From Candidatus Saccharimonadota bacterium (GTDB taxonomy: Bacteria > Patescibacteriota > Patescibacteriia > 2-12-FULL-60-25), in NCBI GenBank assembly GCA_016699205.1, contig CP064964.1:570001-602000 (forward strand): a stretch of DNA of 32,000 nt. The letters run 5' to 3'. The position numbers and the translations under genes were made by a program. The notes under the pieces were generated by a model. It worked only from the letters and a program-made list of their open reading frames with translations, was not told where the DNA came from and did not search any database. This document shows, one piece after another, positions 30,467 to 32,000 of the stretch (within the stretch, counting starts at the first letter, position 1; each line of letters opens with the position of its first letter).

Positions 30467-31213
30467 ATGCATCCCTATATCGGCGTCACTGGATTCATGC
30501 ACCGCTCAGAAGTAAAAAAGACACTCGCCGCATTGAATGCCATCGAGCAAACCAACGGAGGCGTCAAACGAAAACTGATGATTGGTGTCCTCGCCTGCGC
30601 CCCTGGAATCTCACGCAAGCCCAATCACTGGCTTCAGCGCCACCCCAATGAGCACGATATCTCCGATCTCTTTTTTCCGGATCGACGCGTACTGAATATC
30701 CTCCACTATCACGCGGATGATGCCGATTCACTCGCGGAGCGACTCAAGTATCTGACCAATGCCGTCGGGCCTCATCTCGATGGAATCCAGCTCAACATGA
30801 CATGGCCTCCACCGAGCCGAGTCTACGCATACGGAAAACCGATTACGCTCGAACTTGGGAAGCATGCGCTCGGAGCCTGCAACCATCATCCTCAGGAAAT
30901 CTGCTCACGCTTGCAGGCGTACAAGAATGACATTGCGCGCGTGCTCGTCGATATGAGCGCCGGCCATGGCATTCCCCTGTCTGTCCCCTACATGATGCGA
31001 CTTCTCGTCCCCATTGCCGAACGCTTCCCGAATCTCGGGATCGGCGTGGCAGGCGGTTTGTCGCTCGAGCTCCTGGACCAGATTGAGCCGCTCATCAAGG
31101 CCATTCCCCACCTCAGCATCGATGCTGAAGGTGCGCTGCGGGATGCAGCCGACCATCTCGATCTTGAACGTGTACAGCGCTATCTGGAACGAGCTTATAC
31201 CCTCTTTTGCTGA
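30467..31213 (+). CDS. TIM-barrel protein resembling phosphoribosylanthranilate isomerase (PRAI-like); function uncertain
   Basis: 248 aa. ...VLVDMSAGHGIPL...GIGVAGGLSLELL...LSIDAEGALRD resembles the C-terminal phosphate-binding half of TrpF-type barrels. Confidence 0.45.
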   Translation: MHPYIGVTGFMHRSEVKKTLAALNAIEQTNGGVKRKLMIGVLACAPGISRKPNHWLQRHPNEHDISDLFFPDRRVLNILHYHADDADSLAERLKYLTNAVGPHLDGIQLNMTWPPPSRVYAYGKPITLELGKHALGACNHHPQEICSRLQAYKNDIARVLVDMSAGHGIPLSVPYMMRLLVPIAERFPNLGIGVAGGLSLELLDQIEPLIKAIPHLSIDAEGALRDAADHLDLERVQRYLERAYTLFC

Positions 31214-31219
31214 TATCAG

Positions 31220-31247
31220 CCCCTCCTTATCTCCAAGGAGGGGTTTT
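31220..31247 (+). terminator. Intrinsic terminator
   Basis: CCCCTCCTT-ATCTCC-AAGGAGGGG followed by TTTT. Confidence 0.65.
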
Positions 31248-31273
31248 CCATTCTCGCTACGAAACGCCATACC

Positions 31274-31305
31274 AAAACCGCCCTGGCCTTCTTAGCCTAG
31301 GGCGG
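31274..31305 (-). terminator. Intrinsic terminator downstream of gyrA
   Basis: Stem CCGCCCT 31278-31284 / AGGGCGG 31299-31305. On the minus strand it is followed by UUUUGGUAU. Confidence 0.55.
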
Positions 31306-31314
31306 GATTGTGAA

Positions 31315-32000
31315 TTATACGATGGTGACGCTTGAGACTTTGTCGCCGTCTTCTTTGAAGCGCATCAGGCGGACACCTTGGGTGTCGCGTCCGAGGGACG
31401 GAACACTCTTGAAAGGCGTGCGGACCACGATGCCTTTTTTGGAGATCATGACGAGGTCCTGCTCATCGTCCTTGCCGGAGATGAAGGCGCCAATCACTCC
31501 GCCTGTTTTGTCCGTGACTTTCATTGTACGGATACCGGAGCCGCCGCGGCCTTGCTGCTTGTATTCCGAAAGCGAGGTGCGCTTACCGAGACCGTTTTCC
31601 GTGAGGACGAAGAGTTCGAGTAGGCCTTTATCAGCGAGCTTTGGATTGATGACGTCCATGCCCACGACTTCATCGTTCTTTTTCTTGAGGAGAATACCGC
31701 GGACACCGGCAGCTGAACGGCCCATGGCGCGGACGTCCTCTTCTGAGAAACGGATGGACTGGCCTTCACGCGTGACAAGCGAGATGTCGTCGCCGCCATT
31801 GGAAGGTTTAACCCAGATGAGCTCGTCGCCGTCATGGAGCGAGATCGCGATCAAGCCGGAGCGGCGGACATTGGCGAATTCATCGAGAGATGATTTTTTG
31901 ATTGTGCCTTGGCTCGTAACCATCACAAGGAATTTTGCGCCTTCCATATTTTCCATCGGAAGCGTGATGGAGATTTTCTCGCCTGGAGCGAGCTGGAGGA
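31315..32000 (-). CDS. gyrA: DNA gyrase subunit A, C-terminal beta-pinwheel domain (5' part outside the window)
   Basis: The frame is open to the window edge. It shows repeated GyrA-CTD blades (...RRSGLIAISL..., ...AAGVRGILL..., ...GGSGIRTMKV..., ...DTQGVRLMRF...). Confidence 0.9.
   Translation of the reverse strand, partial: LQLAPGEKISITLPMENMEGAKFLVMVTSQGTIKKSSLDEFANVRRSGLIAISLHDGDELIWVKPSNGGDDISLVTREGQSIRFSEEDVRAMGRSAAGVRGILLKKKNDEVVGMDVINPKLADKGLLELFVLTENGLGKRTSLSEYKQQGRGGSGIRTMKVTDKTGGVIGAFISGKDDEQDLVMISKKGIVVRTPFKSVPSLGRDTQGVRLMRFKEDGDKVSSVTIV

Noticed and set aside
1-32000. Alternative genetic code (for example UGA recoding) as an explanation for unusual stop usage
   Set aside because: TGA, TAG and TAA all terminate well-supported conserved genes at the expected lengths (trpS TAG, BASS TGA, cyclase TAA). 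The standard code fits.

Overview
The window has a mid-GC housekeeping backbone. It carries a trpS 3' end, a CHASE2 cyclase-FecR operon, RNase P RNA, a frameshifted DUF2207 gene, a PfkB kinase, a BASS transporter, a 2-hydroxyacid dehydrogenase and tRNA-Ala(UGC). It also carries a lipoprotein, a dual-specificity phosphatase, DoxX, FemAB, a frameshifted ruvA, a tdk/NrtR-like/deoxyribosyltransferase-like/PRAI-like cluster and a gyrA 3' end. Markedly GC-richer segments interrupt this backbone. The dominant one (about 7.7-20.6 kb) is a 17-cistron array entirely on the minus strand, with one near-consensus promoter and one strong terminator. It encodes lipoproteins, tiny membrane proteins and small soluble proteins, none of which I can place in a known family. 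Nearly every cistron is preceded by a modular conserved intercistronic element. In mRNA sense this reads: a stop codon (usually TAG) embedded in a CU-rich anti-SD-like box, hairpin 1 with a recurrent UUCACU loop motif, a CUCUUCUYGGAC box, a swappable hairpin 2, then CCAAGCUGGAGG and the start codon. The hairpins show compensatory changes, and the spacers are better conserved than adjacent paralogous coding sequence. This array is my main candidate for an undescribed system: a cassette-like accessory array with a new class of junction element. No recombinase or other mobility gene is visible in the window. Two smaller GC-rich two-gene units sit next to the rnpB promoter and the tRNA-Ala 3' side. 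GC-rich genes use strong GGAGG Shine-Dalgarno sites, whereas several backbone genes look leaderless. All calls come from reading the sequence and ORF track and from remembered family signatures. No searches or folding programs were run, and RNA and repeat ends are approximate (about +/-10 nt).
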